64,000 nt of DNA, taken from NCBI GenBank assembly GCA_012295275.1, contig CM022679.1:24490001-24554000 (forward strand), read 5' to 3'. Under the pieces are notes generated by a model. The model worked only from the letters and a program-made list of their open reading frames with translations. It was not told the DNA's origin and did no database searches. This DNA comes from Chrysomallon squamiferum. Its lineage: Eukaryota > Animalia > Mollusca. Positions 50,160 to 62,765 of this stretch are shown piece by piece. Every line of letters starts with the position of its first letter. Within the stretch, counting starts at the first letter, position 1. The position numbers and the translations under genes are program-made.

Positions 50160-50780
50160 TTCACGCATTTCAGAACACGCGATGATATACCTGAAATATT
50201 GAAATTTATAAGTAATATAAAGCCACATTTCTAATTCATGCATACCTTTCATTATATTAAACAGCAATTTAGAAATATTGATGTAAGTTAACGACGACAA
50301 CGTCGAAACACTAAACGCTGTTAATACGTTCAGTAACAATGAAATGACGTCATTGTTTGCCTACACTCGTTACTTCATGGATTTCAGCGGATCATTAGTA
50401 GATTTAATTCTATTTAGCATTGGATTTACCACTTACTTGAGACGAACGACCTGAAGTTAACGTTGAGGTATGTTCTTTTCTTGTTCAGGTTTCTATTGTC
50501 GATCCATTTAATATAGACAATGTATATTTTTGCCGCAGATTAGTGAACTTAATGAAATAATACACTGATAAACTCCATCGCGACTGTCAACATTCGATAC
50601 ATGGATGAGCTTGTTTTATTTCTTAATACCGATGAAAGAACAAGACATATAACAGCAGCAACAACAACAAAAAAATGTTTCTCCGACTAGCGTAAAATTA
50701 TGTACGTACTCAATTAATTACGTATACAATTGTCTACGGCCATAAAACGTACACACATGCACACGCACACACGCACATGC
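50160..50780. promoter_or_regulatory. CpG-rich promoter-like patch with a full CRE
   Basis: Sharp rise in CpG density; TGACGTCA at 50345-50352; strong + strand donor GAG|GTATGT at 50467/8 and - strand donor CAG|GTATAT at 50191/0. Confidence 0.45.
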
Positions 50781-51814
50781 TCGAACATTTTTATATATGA
50801 ACATACACGTACATCAGTACACAAACACACACACATTCCCTCACGCATACATACACAGATACAAAAACGCACGAATGTTTAGATAAAACGTAGTTAATGA
50901 AAAATAAAACAACAATAAGAGTACATTTTATTGGACAAAAAAGATACATATGAATATTAATAAATTCACAGAAACAGAGTAAAATGTATCCAATCAAGAC
51001 CGAAAAAGGAAATGATAACAAAACTGGTTAAATGTGATTTTTCATTAGCAATTTATCACTTTACACATTCACTGTTAGTATTTTATCAAAAATACATATA
51101 CACTCGCAACATTTCTTTATTTGTCAGTGAAACTGCACCTGTAAATGTAAATGCCAACTGATTGAATTGATTGTTTGAGTAACGACTACCCATCATAAAA
51201 ACTGGCAAAATGTCAGTCAAAGGTAAATAAAACGATTATTTAAAGGTATACGACAAAAGCATAAAAGAATAAAAATATAACATTACATTAAAATGTGGAG
51301 TAAAATGTTATCTAGTAGTATTATGTAAGAAACGTTGAAAACAATATTAACTAGCAGCCATCCCATTTCAAAATAACAATATTAGATCTGAACGACCTTT
51401 CATCGGTAATAACAAATAACAATAATAATAATTTTAAAAAAACCCACACCAAAACGCTGTTATAAAATATCACATATTACATGGTGAACTGATAGCTCAA
51501 TTTATTGTTTTTTCTGATAACGCTAAAAGAAGCCCGGATTAATATATTCGCCTTGCATGGGATGACGTCATGACTATAGAAAAATGGCGAAGCCGTAACA
51601 TTTTAAAAACTGAACTCCTTGGTTATTAAATTTCGTTCCGTTAATAAAATTGAATGAGGGGGAGTAATAATAATAATAATAATAAAGGAAAAGAAAAAAG
51701 AAAGAAGCATATATAAGCATTAACAGAATACATTTTTTTTTTTTTTTTTTTTTTCGTTTTATGTTACATTTTAAACTTTCTTTCATGGCTCTAATATTCC
51801 GACAGCCATACGAA

Positions 51815-54748
51815 CTAGTTTGTTTTGTTAAATAAATAAACCAGGCGATATGTTCCATCATCAAGATATGCACGCTTTGAGTTTTCAATCATATCAGTAG
51901 ATTCCTCCTTGCTCCTTGGAAATGAATGGTTACTTTTTCGAGCTGAAATTAAAATAAAAAAAACAAAAACAAAGCCAAATATTAATATATATATATATAT
52001 ATGTCAATTCTATGTAGGTGAGGGATTCTGGATTGTTTTTTATCTGTGTTCTTTATTTCCCCCATGTGAATTTTTTTTTTTTTTTTGATTTTTTTAAAAT
52101 AATGATAATATATGACAGTGTGTGTTATTATAATAACATTACAACATTTATTATTCAGTTTTATAACAAAATTTCTATTCTGTAAATAATTATATTTCGT
52201 TATAAGACAATTCACCTCAAATTATTTTAAACATTTTATTAATATTTACTGCTTTGGTCAACTATAACAGAATACATGTACAGCCTCTGTTGAGACTGAT
52301 GTAGACTGTGACGTGGTTATAATGGGAAAAAATCTGAATTATTTATTATGAATTATTAATTTCAGGACTCTGAATTCATATTTGTAATTTAGTTCAAATA
52401 CTGTTGCCTGTTTTAATAATCCAAAAATAAATATATAATTTATTAAAAATAAATTCCTCCAACAAAAATAGCACTTGTACACCAAACAACAACTACAACA
52501 ATAATAACAATAATAATTATAATAATAATAATAATAATAATAACAACAACTAATCAACCTCTGTTCTCTGAAAACCCTTAGTTAAACACATTTTAAAAAT
52601 GAAAGGAAAAACAAAAATATTACAGACATTTGTCAGTGGTAAAGTGAACTGTGAAACCTTCAAACTAAGAAAAATATTTTTATAACTAGACAAAAATAAA
52701 TTTAGTAAACATTAAAAAACACAGCTAAATATATTTTAAAAACCTTTGGTTGAATAATAAAATAAACAGACATAATTCAATAAACATACTGACTTATTTG
52801 TGTTATCAGTAAAATAGAAATAAACATCCTTAATTCAACATATCACAATGTGCACCCTAAAAAGCTTTAAACATTGAATTTTTTTTTTAAATATAGATAA
52901 CGATAATAAAATACAGTTGTCTTTTGATAATAATGATACAAAAAACAACTTTATAAATATTATAAATTCTGAACTATAATGACGTACACTCTGAACACTT
53001 TTAAAAGTTATTTTAAAAACAAAACCCCCAAAACAACAACATAAAAAGAAAGAAAACCACAAAGCAAAACAAATATATAGCAAAAATGAAATATTAACTT
53101 CACAAAAAAAAAAATAATAATATAATATACAATAAAATGAACAGAAGATATAGTGTGTTTACATCAAATATTTTTAACTAAAATCATTTAAAAATTATTC
53201 ACTATAGAAACTAGTTATATAAATATTATAAAATGCAGTCTTTTGTTGTTCTAAAATAAAATTGCTATTTAGGTCAAAACTTGTATTCTTTTTTATCTCT
53301 AAAACATGTAGGTGCACAATATGAATACAGTTTTATTTGAATAATTCTAGCTAATGTAATGTAATTTTAATATACTACCATGTATTTGAAAATATTTTCT
53401 GTTACCTTCATTGACAAAGAAATTGCCAAAGTACTGTGACATTTCAATAGCATCAAAGCTGTGGTCTATGTTTTCTTTAGGATTCCATCTGAAACTGTTT
53501 GTCTCAGGGTGCCACTGAGTTCCATAAAATGGATATTTAAACGCTGAAAAAAGTAACAGAGCTGCATGACACTTTCAAATACAGTACTGTTTTATCATGA
53601 ACACACACAAACACACATACATAAAAAAGAAACATCAAAATATTTACTCAATATTCAAGTTTTTTCAATGCATTTTGAAAGTGTACCTGATGTATTCATT
53701 AACAAATTTAGGTGTCTCTGTGTGTGTGTGTGTGTGTGTGTGTACATACATGTATGTATGTATATTATGTTAGTTCATGCATAAGTGTGTGTGTATGTGT
53801 GTGTGTGTGTGTGTGCATGTGTGTACATATATGTATGCATGTATGTTTGTATGTATATAATATGTTAGTTCATGCATAAGTGTGTGTGAATGATTGATAT
53901 TTGTGTAGATGTATGTGAAATCATGAATGAGTATATCTGAATATATCTGAATGTATCTGTGTTGTGTCAAAAATAATGTGAGTTGTTAACTATGTACATT
54001 TATATATTTTTTAAAATACTTTTTTTTCACCTTCAATTGTTGAAACAAATGTTACGCTTTTGCGATCCTTGTTTGTTGACAACACTCTGTAGAAATCTTT
54101 CAGTGACTTTGTTTGTTCAAATACCTGAAAAACATGAAAGAAATGAAAACATAAGTATATATCTATTGATTTATTTATCTATTTATTATTTGTTTTATTA
54201 TTATTATTATTATCATTATTAATATTATTATTATTATATATTATTATTATTATTTTGTAATTATTATTATTATTGCTATTAATATTATTATTATTATTAT
54301 TATGTTTTTTATTGATTTATTATTTTATTTTTATATTTTTATTATTATTATATTTTATTAGTTATTTTATTTTTTTAAATTATTTTTGATAGAGATATAA
54401 TGGCAATGAATGTATCTGTTAACTGTTTATTTTTTTGTAATGCTATCAAAACAGAATAATAAGGAGAATATTGTTAAAACTTTTGTTAATTCATTAATAT
54501 TCTAATGTAGTTGTTATTACCATGAAAAATTAAAATGACAAAAATAACAACTAATGACTGAAATGCATGTTTAACAGATCCATCATATTTTTAATTTATT
54601 AAGTATTAATAGTGTTACTTATTTATTAATAATAAGAGAGAATGCATCAGCACAGTTTCCACAGCTACATTTACCTGTTATCAGCAAAATATCTAAATAT
54701 TCACCAACCCATAACAATAAATTATAAATAATAATAATAATAATAATA

Positions 54749-54796
<48 letters not shown>

Positions 54797-57586
54797 CTTT
54801 AGCCAAAGGCCCCAGTGGTGATTATTGAATGTTACAGCCTGTTCTGTTATAATTTTGAAAATGTCTTCAGGTAAATTTTGCAACATGCGACTCGATTTGT
54901 AATCTGAAAAATCAACAATAAAATATATTTTTCTTTAAATTTTAATTCGTCTCTTTAAAAACATTTTACATAAAATAATCTAAAATAGATCAAATTCATA
55001 TCAGACGATCATCATCTTCACAATGGCTTGTGTAGTCATCATATTTTTTTTATGAAAAAGCTCTACTGTTCCATTGTTTACTAATTAATCATTTATTATT
55101 TTTTCTTACTAATCTGTCATAAAAAGTGGTAATAGATGAATTTAAAAATATGTTAATGCTTAAGCTTATTTAAATGTTGGTTTTTTTTTCTTTAATGTAT
55201 TTTTTTAATGTTTTTTTTAATTCTTAAAAATGTGCTGTAAGTTTTAATGAAAGAAAATTTCAAAATCATTACATTAAAAAACGGTTTAAATTCTCAAATT
55301 TGTGGAAAGAATGCATTGATTGTTTTAAAATAAATAACAGCACAGCAAACAACATTAGTTATAGGAATACATTGTGTGTCTGTAGAATGCTCATAGTCAT
55401 TTTCATATAACTATGAGCATTCTACTTTCAATAATTTAAGAAATGCAGCAATGAGAATCTACAATTTTAAGATTAAAGAATTCAGTTTTAAACTAACTTC
55501 TCAGTTCCAGTGGAAGGGTAAGATCCTCAGAATCTGTGGGTCTCAGGAGGTTCATGTGAGCGGTCAGATTAGTTAGCAGCTGAAAACCGAGGCAAGTACC
55601 CCACAGTGGAAAATAGTCACCTTTGTCATTAGCCTACAAAAAAACATTTTTAAAATGTGAATATTAAACCATAATCACTTTAAAAATTAGTTATTATAAA
55701 ATGTGAGCACTAAACCATAATATTTTTAAAATGTGAATATCAAATAATGGTTATTTTAAAATGTGAGTAATTAAACCATAATCACTTTAGAACTTAGGTA
55801 TTAAAATAAAGTCATTATAAAATGTGACTGTTAAACAACGATTATCTTAAAATGTGAATATTAAACCATGATGATTTTAAAATCTAAGCACTCAACCATA
55901 ATAACATTAAAATGTGACTTTTAAGTCATGACTATTTTAAAATGCAAGTATTAAATGTAATAATTTTAAAATGTGAGTATTAAACAATGACTATTTTAAA
56001 ATGGGAGTATTAAACAAACATTACTGTATTAAACATTGCTTTGAAAGACACATTAAATAATGACTTTAAAATCTCTGCATTACCTTGCTTCAAATTTAAA
56101 CAGTCAAAGCAACAAATATATTTTCCATTTGGCAGATTCTGTATAAATTCACCAACCTTGATCGCCAAGTCATAAATCTGTCGAGCAGCTTCAGCAAAGG
56201 CTCCAACTTGTATACTGACAGCACCACCAGGGAAAAGTACCCTGTAATAATAATAATAATAATAACAACAACAACAACAATAACAGTAACACTCATAACA
56301 ATATTAATGATAATAATGATGATGATGATTAATTTTTCATTCTGTGCTGTTACACAGTACATTTTTAAAGTGAACTAAAATACTTTTCATTTCTTTCTTC
56401 AGAATAAAGAATTAAAGAAAATACATCCTGAAAAAAAAGAAAAAAAAAAAAAAAAAAAAAAAAAAACAAAATTAAATATGAAAATAAAAGGTAGAAGTAA
56501 AATGTTTATAGTAAGTGTATTTTAAACAGGATTAATGATTAAATATTATCTAAAACACGTTTATTGAGCAGTTACTTAATATTTGTTAATTAAGCAGTTA
56601 TTTAAAATGCACTTCATAAATAGTTATCTGAAATATGTATTTAAAACACTAATTTAAACAATTTATTAAACAACAATAACATCAACAACAACAATAAACA
56701 AACAAACAAAAAATAAATAAAAAATTCTTTACCCATTGATATGTGAGAAAAGTTTTTCGTAATATGAATCTGGTTCTTCTGTTCTGTAATAAAAATTAAA
56801 TAATAAAATTAGTATAATGTAGTAAGGACCAGAAAATGTTGTCATCTTGTAAGCACTGTGAACAGCAGTACTAAAAGTATATGGAGTTATTGGTACAGTG
56901 CATTTGAATATGATTGCCATTTCATTTAAGCGGCAAAAGGGACTGGGGAATGAATTGTATTTCATTGTTAACACACACACACACTTTTTAGGTTATCTTA
57001 AATATATATTTTCAGACTTTCAAACATTTATTTATTTATTTATTTATTTATATATTATTTACATTAAAATATATATTTTGGTAGTTGACATACCTGTTAA
57101 ATTTGAAAGCACTCTACACCTTATTTGCATGGGTAAAATTATGTCTCCTCATATTTAGAATGTAAGAAATTTCTTCTTTTATATTACTAACATGAACATC
57201 AAAATTAATTTTAAAATCTTTCTTAATTTTAATTTAAAAACAGTACATATGTATATGTATATATGTGTGCGTATTTATATATATATACGTATATTTATGT
57301 ATGTATGTATGTATGTATGAATGTATGTATGTATGTACCTGACTGGAACCACTCTGGCTCCAGCTGATTCTAAGAATTTCACATAAGTTGCTTGAATTTC
57401 AGTGTCTGCACCTGGAATCTTCGTTTTCTGAGCCAGAATCCCTGCAAACAATTATCGTGCAATGCAAATTTTATATATGTATGTATGTATGTATGTGTTT
57501 ACGTATGTATGGAGGTGTGTATGTATGTACGTATATATGTGTCGCCTCTATAAATACATATCCTTACATACACAGACATTCATATG

Positions 57587-57642
<56 letters not shown>

Positions 57643-58079
57643 TGTATGTGTGTGTATGTACGTATATGTCTACATACATACATACACATATTTACGCACA
57701 CATACATACGCACACATACATACACACACAAACACATACATATATTTTTACATAGTGATAATAACTGTAGCAGGAAGAAGGTAAAAACATAATTCCAAGT
57801 ATGTAAATATCATTAATATGACTCATTGTTGTCGCTATAATTAATACAGACTAACCAGTTTAACATATGTTGAGTCAGATTATCATCATCATTATCATCA
57901 TAATCATCATCATTATCATCATAATCATCGCCATCATATGGAGGCCAGCCATTCACAGTTAAATAGAAATAAAAAGGGTCTGGTACTGAATTTAGTCCCC
58001 CAAAACGAAGGCGTCTGCTTAGTCATATAAATTCTATACTATTTCCATTAATAAAACGGAAAATAATTATAATAGTATG

Positions 58080-58118
<39 letters not shown>

Positions 58119-58365
58119 ATTTCCGTTTTACAATACAACTGTAAGAAAATATTTAATATCAAATCGGAACAGTTCCTTGTTCTTTAATGTAAAGTTTAAG
58201 AACTTTAATGAAATCACGTACAATAACAATCACACGTTACAATGTATGACGAAAACTAAACTTACCGATAATAGGTCTGTTATTTGTTTTCGCAAATCCA
58301 CTCTTAACAAAATAGCACGCATTAAATAAAACTAAAACACTGAAAATAAATATTTCACAATGCAT
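51815..58365 (-). CDS. GGH: Gamma-glutamyl hydrolase (peptidase C26, class I glutamine amidotransferase fold), complete, 9 exons, 313 aa, signal peptide
   Basis: Exons in transcript order: 58365-58266, 57441-57339, 56783-56733, 56241-56157, 55633-55498, 54903-54797, 54124-54031, 53543-53406, 51942-51815; total 942 nt in frame. Motifs: NNRPIIGIL, YVKFLESAGARVVPV, INGVLFPGG, GDYFPLWGTCLGFQ (catalytic Cys), FVSTIE, YPFYGTQWHPE (catalytic His), FFVNEARKSNHSF. Confidence 0.95.
55382..55425. repeat. perfect 16-bp inverted repeat (hairpin) in GGH intron 5
   Basis: GTAGAATGCTCATAGT-N12-ACTATGAGCATTCTAC. Confidence 0.9.
55647..56020. repeat. ~29-30 bp minisatellite, about 12 degenerate copies, in GGH intron 4
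   Basis: Consensus approximately TTTTAAAATGTGARTATTAAACCATRAT.A. Confidence 0.9.
57582..57640. repeat. (TA)n microsatellite within a TATG/CATA-rich intron
   Basis: Direct inspection; a (CA)n run is also present at ~58081-58114. Confidence 0.9.
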
Positions 58366-58390
58366 GATGATATGCTAAAGTAATTCACTT

Positions 58391-58460
58391 CTTCCTGATC
58401 AACACACTTTTATATAATATCAGAAGGAAATCACGTGCCAGTATTTCCTAGGTCACGAAA
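58391..58460 (-). promoter_or_regulatory. GGH core promoter: TATA box and E-box
   Basis: TATATAAAA on the - strand at 58416-58408, ~45 nt upstream of the ATG; TCACGTG at 58431-58437; ETS-like GGAA cores nearby. Confidence 0.55.
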
Positions 58461-58912
58461 CAGTTGGGGAAACCCATTAATTTACCGTATGCTATGCAAT
58501 AAATGTAATGTAAATTTTTCAACAGAAAAAACTCAAAAGCGTTGTCTTTAAAAGGAAATCATGAATAACATTAGCCCGAAGTATCCTCTGGCGGTTAACA
58601 ACTCCGCCAGAGATAAGTTTAGGTCTTTTTTTGTTGATGTTTTTTTTTGGTGTGTGTGTGTGTGTGATCTTTGCCAAACACTCTCTACAAGACAAAACCT
58701 GAGACCCCTATCATAAATCACCGACTCTCAAATATTCGGACATGTTTGAATCGACTTCAGTCGTGATTCTGATTACTTAACTTATACACAAAGGATGTGT
58801 TTTCATTGAGGTATAGACAACATAGACAACAGTACATCGAAAATAATTGTATAGGAGAGAAATTTTACTCGTCAGGTTAACATATGATGTCATCCTTTTT
58901 CTTTTCTTTTTA

Positions 58913-58948
<36 letters not shown>

Positions 58949-59644
58949 TTGTTTTTTTTGTTGTTGCTAATGCTCCCAACTCTATTTTCTTCGGAACTGA
59001 GAAAACAAAAATAAGCTCCTCGATGTGTTCAAGACGTTTCATTGCATAATTATTATCGGTAGCCTTTAATTATATCATTGCATTAGGAAAACTTCGGTAG
59101 TAAATGTGCATTCGCTCTATTAAACAATCGGAACCTGAATCATACCTCCACGTCAACTCCGTTTGGAAAAAAAATTTAAAAAAATAAAAATAAAAATAAA
59201 TAAATAAATAATACAAAAATTGATTTTCAGATATTAGTGTATTTAGTTAGTCTTGTTATCATAGATTTTTTGTATATGCTATTGTAAAGTCATGAAACAA
59301 GATATATTATTGAACAGTATACTGAAGAGTCCTGTCAGTCTCATTGATCATGAACAGCAATGAAATATTACCTCGGAATTCTTTTTTTCAGAAAATCTCT
59401 TCAACCGCCTACTTTTTAAAACAAAAAATTACACCAGTGTAGATAGATATTTGTGTTTCGTACTGTTGTAATGCCATTCAAAAAATCTTTAGTATGGTAC
59501 CTTTAAGTCAAAAAGTGAATTTTATTTTATTTATTTTATTTTTATTTTTATTTTATTATTATTAGTAGTAGTAGTAGTATTATTATTATATATATTTATT
59601 TAATTTTTTTTTTTTTTTTTCCTTTCTTGTTCCTTATTTTGAAG

Positions 59645-59990
59645 TGCTGCGTCACAAATGTACAAAAGAGGAACTACGTCACTGGTCTGAAAAATGGCGT
59701 CATAATAGCGGAAGGTTTCGTAACTTGTGGTAATTACCTCTTATAAAGAACTGATTCTATTTCTTCGAATAAATTAATTTAAATATAAAATAAGAAAGAA
59801 CAGATGAATGTAAAGGATGAACGTAAAGAGAGAGAAACAATAAACAAAAACAAGTATCTATGTAAATAAATAAATAAATAAATATTTTTACGACTATTTC
59901 CGAGTATAGCCGATCGTAAACGTTTCTTAAGAAGCCCCAAATCGTGACGTAATTTCTTTAATAATACAAAATTATTGTATGCGGTTAAAA
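59645..59990 (+). promoter_or_regulatory. CpG-rich promoter-like region upstream of the orphan gene
   Basis: CGTCAC half-CRE sites, YY1-like AAAATGGCG (59691-59699), ETS-like GCGGAAG (59708-59714), many CpGs. Confidence 0.45.
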
Positions 59991-61281
59991 ATGGAAAATC
60001 TGAGGTATGATTTTCGAACAATCTGTATATGTTCTCACTAATATTTCTCTACCAGTAAAAAAAAAAAAAAAAAAAAATAAGAAAGAAAAAAGTGCATCTC
60101 TTGATTTAAATTTATTTTATTTGATTTTAGTTTATTTTCAGTTTTAAACAATCATTTCGTTCATAAACATAACAAATACCTACCATACCTTTATTTTCAT
60201 ATTTACTTATCTGTTAATACTAATGACGACAACGACGATGATGATGATGATGATAAGAAGAAGAAAAACAGAATAACAATGAATATGACAATGTTTTCTT
60301 TATTTCTAGAAAGAAAATACAGCTTAATTTTAAATTTCGTATTTTATTAATTTAACAATGGATGTTAACAAAATGATGCTGGTATCTCTGAGCTACTACA
60401 ACTTTGAAGCTTGCTGTCGTTGGTTTGGATTAGAAAAGATATTTTAAAAATTGCAATAAATGTAATTTAATTCTTTATTATAGACTAAAACACTTCAGTG
60501 ATGATCATGAGGGAGGAAAACATAAAAAGGTACATACTGTACATTTTTCTACAATTAGACTAAATATTATTATTATTATTATTTTGAGTATGGTGATAGT
60601 GATAATGATAATGATAATGATGACGATGAAAAAGAAAAAAGGTAGGCCTATATATATGTACGTTTTTTCTATAGTTAGAACGAAATAATAATACTAATAA
60701 TGATGATGATGAATTATTTTATTATATTTGGTGTTAATGTTTTTCAGACTTTCACAGCCGTCATTGATCCTTCCATGTCTAGGCTTGTTGAAAGAGTAAG
60801 ATTAATTAATATTATCATCATCGCAATTTATAAAGTTAACTGCACTTCTGTTTTAATTTCAAATTATAATTAGCAGTTAGGGATGAAGATTCGATATGTT
60901 TCTAAGCTCACAAGTGAAAAGAAATTCTATGATATTTATTTAAATAGGAAAATGAAAAAGAAAAGAAACATAAAGTATATATCAAATGTAAGATGTGAAT
61001 CTAATAATAATTTAATTAAATTTTGTTTTCGGTGAGTTCATACTTATATGAAGTCTGCTTTTGATTAAAGATAAACAGTATATGCAACATTAGACAAATA
61101 ATATTAATAATAATTTAAATAATATTAATAAATGAATGAATGAATAAATAAGCAAATAAAAAAGTAAATAAATAAATTAAATTAATTAATTAAATGATAT
61201 TTCAAAAATAATTATACACACACACACACACACATTTATATATAAAACCTACATATACAACAAAATTAAAACATAATCTAG

Positions 61282-61339
<58 letters not shown>

Positions 61340-62765
61340 CTACTACTAGAGAATCAAAACCATATTGAATACAGAAAAGAAAAATTCTGTCTATTATATT
61401 TTATTTTAAAAATAGGAACTAGACAACTATAACAGCACCAGCTTCACAGCCTCAAACTGCAATTCTAACGCGCGCCGTGCAGAAAGTTTCAACATGATGC
61501 GTTCTAGCAGTACAAAAAATAAAACATCAAAGGTAAATCATTTGACAGTTTTAATTGTTATTTATTTTTAATTTTTTTTTTTTTTTAATTTTTTTAAATA
61601 AATTATGAAACAGGGCGCAATGCAATGAAAACATAACATTTTATTATTTCTACACGAATACTCGTATATCGATAAGCTTTATAATTAATGTTACGATGTA
61701 CAAACCTCATTTTTAGCTGTTAAATAGTTGTTATAATCTATATTTATTACTGTATATATTTAAAAAATTCAACATTTATAATCTTGAGGTGGAGTAAGTT
61801 TTTAAATAGCACATATATTATCAGTATGTCTTGGACTATTTCTCACGTTATTTTATTGTTTACATTTCCTGGTTGTATCTACAGAACGTTATATTTCTCT
61901 TGAATTTCCTGAATATTTATTATTATACAATTATTATTATTATTATTATTATACAATTATTATTATTATTATTATTTTAATTTTTTTTTTTTTTTTTTTG
62001 TATTATTATTACTGCAATTATTATAATAATTATTGCTATTGTTATTGCTATTCCTATTAATATTATTACTACTACCACCATTGCTGCTAATGCTATTCGG
62101 TATATAAAGCTGGTTTTAAATTTACTGTTATTATTTTTACCTTTTTTCAGAAGCCAATGATTGTGCTTGATTTTACTTTCTGTAAGAGGCTGGTACGGAA
62201 GGTAAGATTAATAGATATAAATAATCATAATCAAACCAAATATTAGTAACACTTTAATTTTATTATATCAGGTGATCACTTAGTTTCATATTTGACTCTG
62301 TTGATATTAAAATCCAGAAATTTCGTAATTATCAAAGATGAAAGAATGTTGAAAATATCAGTATATGAATGAATAGATACAAGAATTATATATTTAAAAA
62401 AAAATTGGAAATAATTTTTTTTTTTTTTTCAATATATGTATTAACTTCATAGTTTATTATTTACAAATAAAGAAGAAATAATAATATGATATGCAATATA
62501 ATATATTTATATTTTCATACACTATTCTTATATTTACAAATTTACATCAATCCACAATCACAAATTAAATATTGTGTACTCTACATATATATATATATAT
62601 TTATTTATTTATTTATTTATATATATTATTATTATTATTTTAATGTTTATTTTAATATAGTTATCAATTCTAAGAAAAGCGTTACTACTAACTGTGATTT
62701 TTTTATCTGTTAATATTACTAATAAAACTTATGTCATTTTTCAGAACCCTCCCATGAAGTTATGA
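59991..62765 (+). CDS. unrecognised small spliced protein (~98 aa)
   Basis: Exons 59991-60004, 60484-60529, 60748-60795, 61416-61532, 62151-62201, 62745-62765; all GT-AG and phase-compatible (297 nt): MENLRLKHFSDDHEGGKHKKTFTAVIDPSMSRLVERELDNYNSTSFTASNCNSNARRAESFNMMRSSSTKNKTSKKPMIVLDFTFCKRLVRKNPPMKL*. The first and last exons are least certain. Confidence 0.55.

Noticed and set aside
55647-56020. CRISPR-like periodicity of ~30 bp
   Set aside because: Units are contiguous and degenerate without unique spacers, there are no cas genes, and the context is a eukaryotic intron.
56084-56156. Extended GGH exon 4 using the stronger-looking donor at 56084
   Set aside because: It gives phase 1 and breaks the frame; homology supports the donor at 56157.
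60358-60484. Junction-spanning TGA (MDVNKMM...CCR-TG|A) as possible selenocysteine
   Set aside because: No convincing SECIS downstream of 62765, no selenoprotein similarity, and a cleaner start exon exists at 59991.
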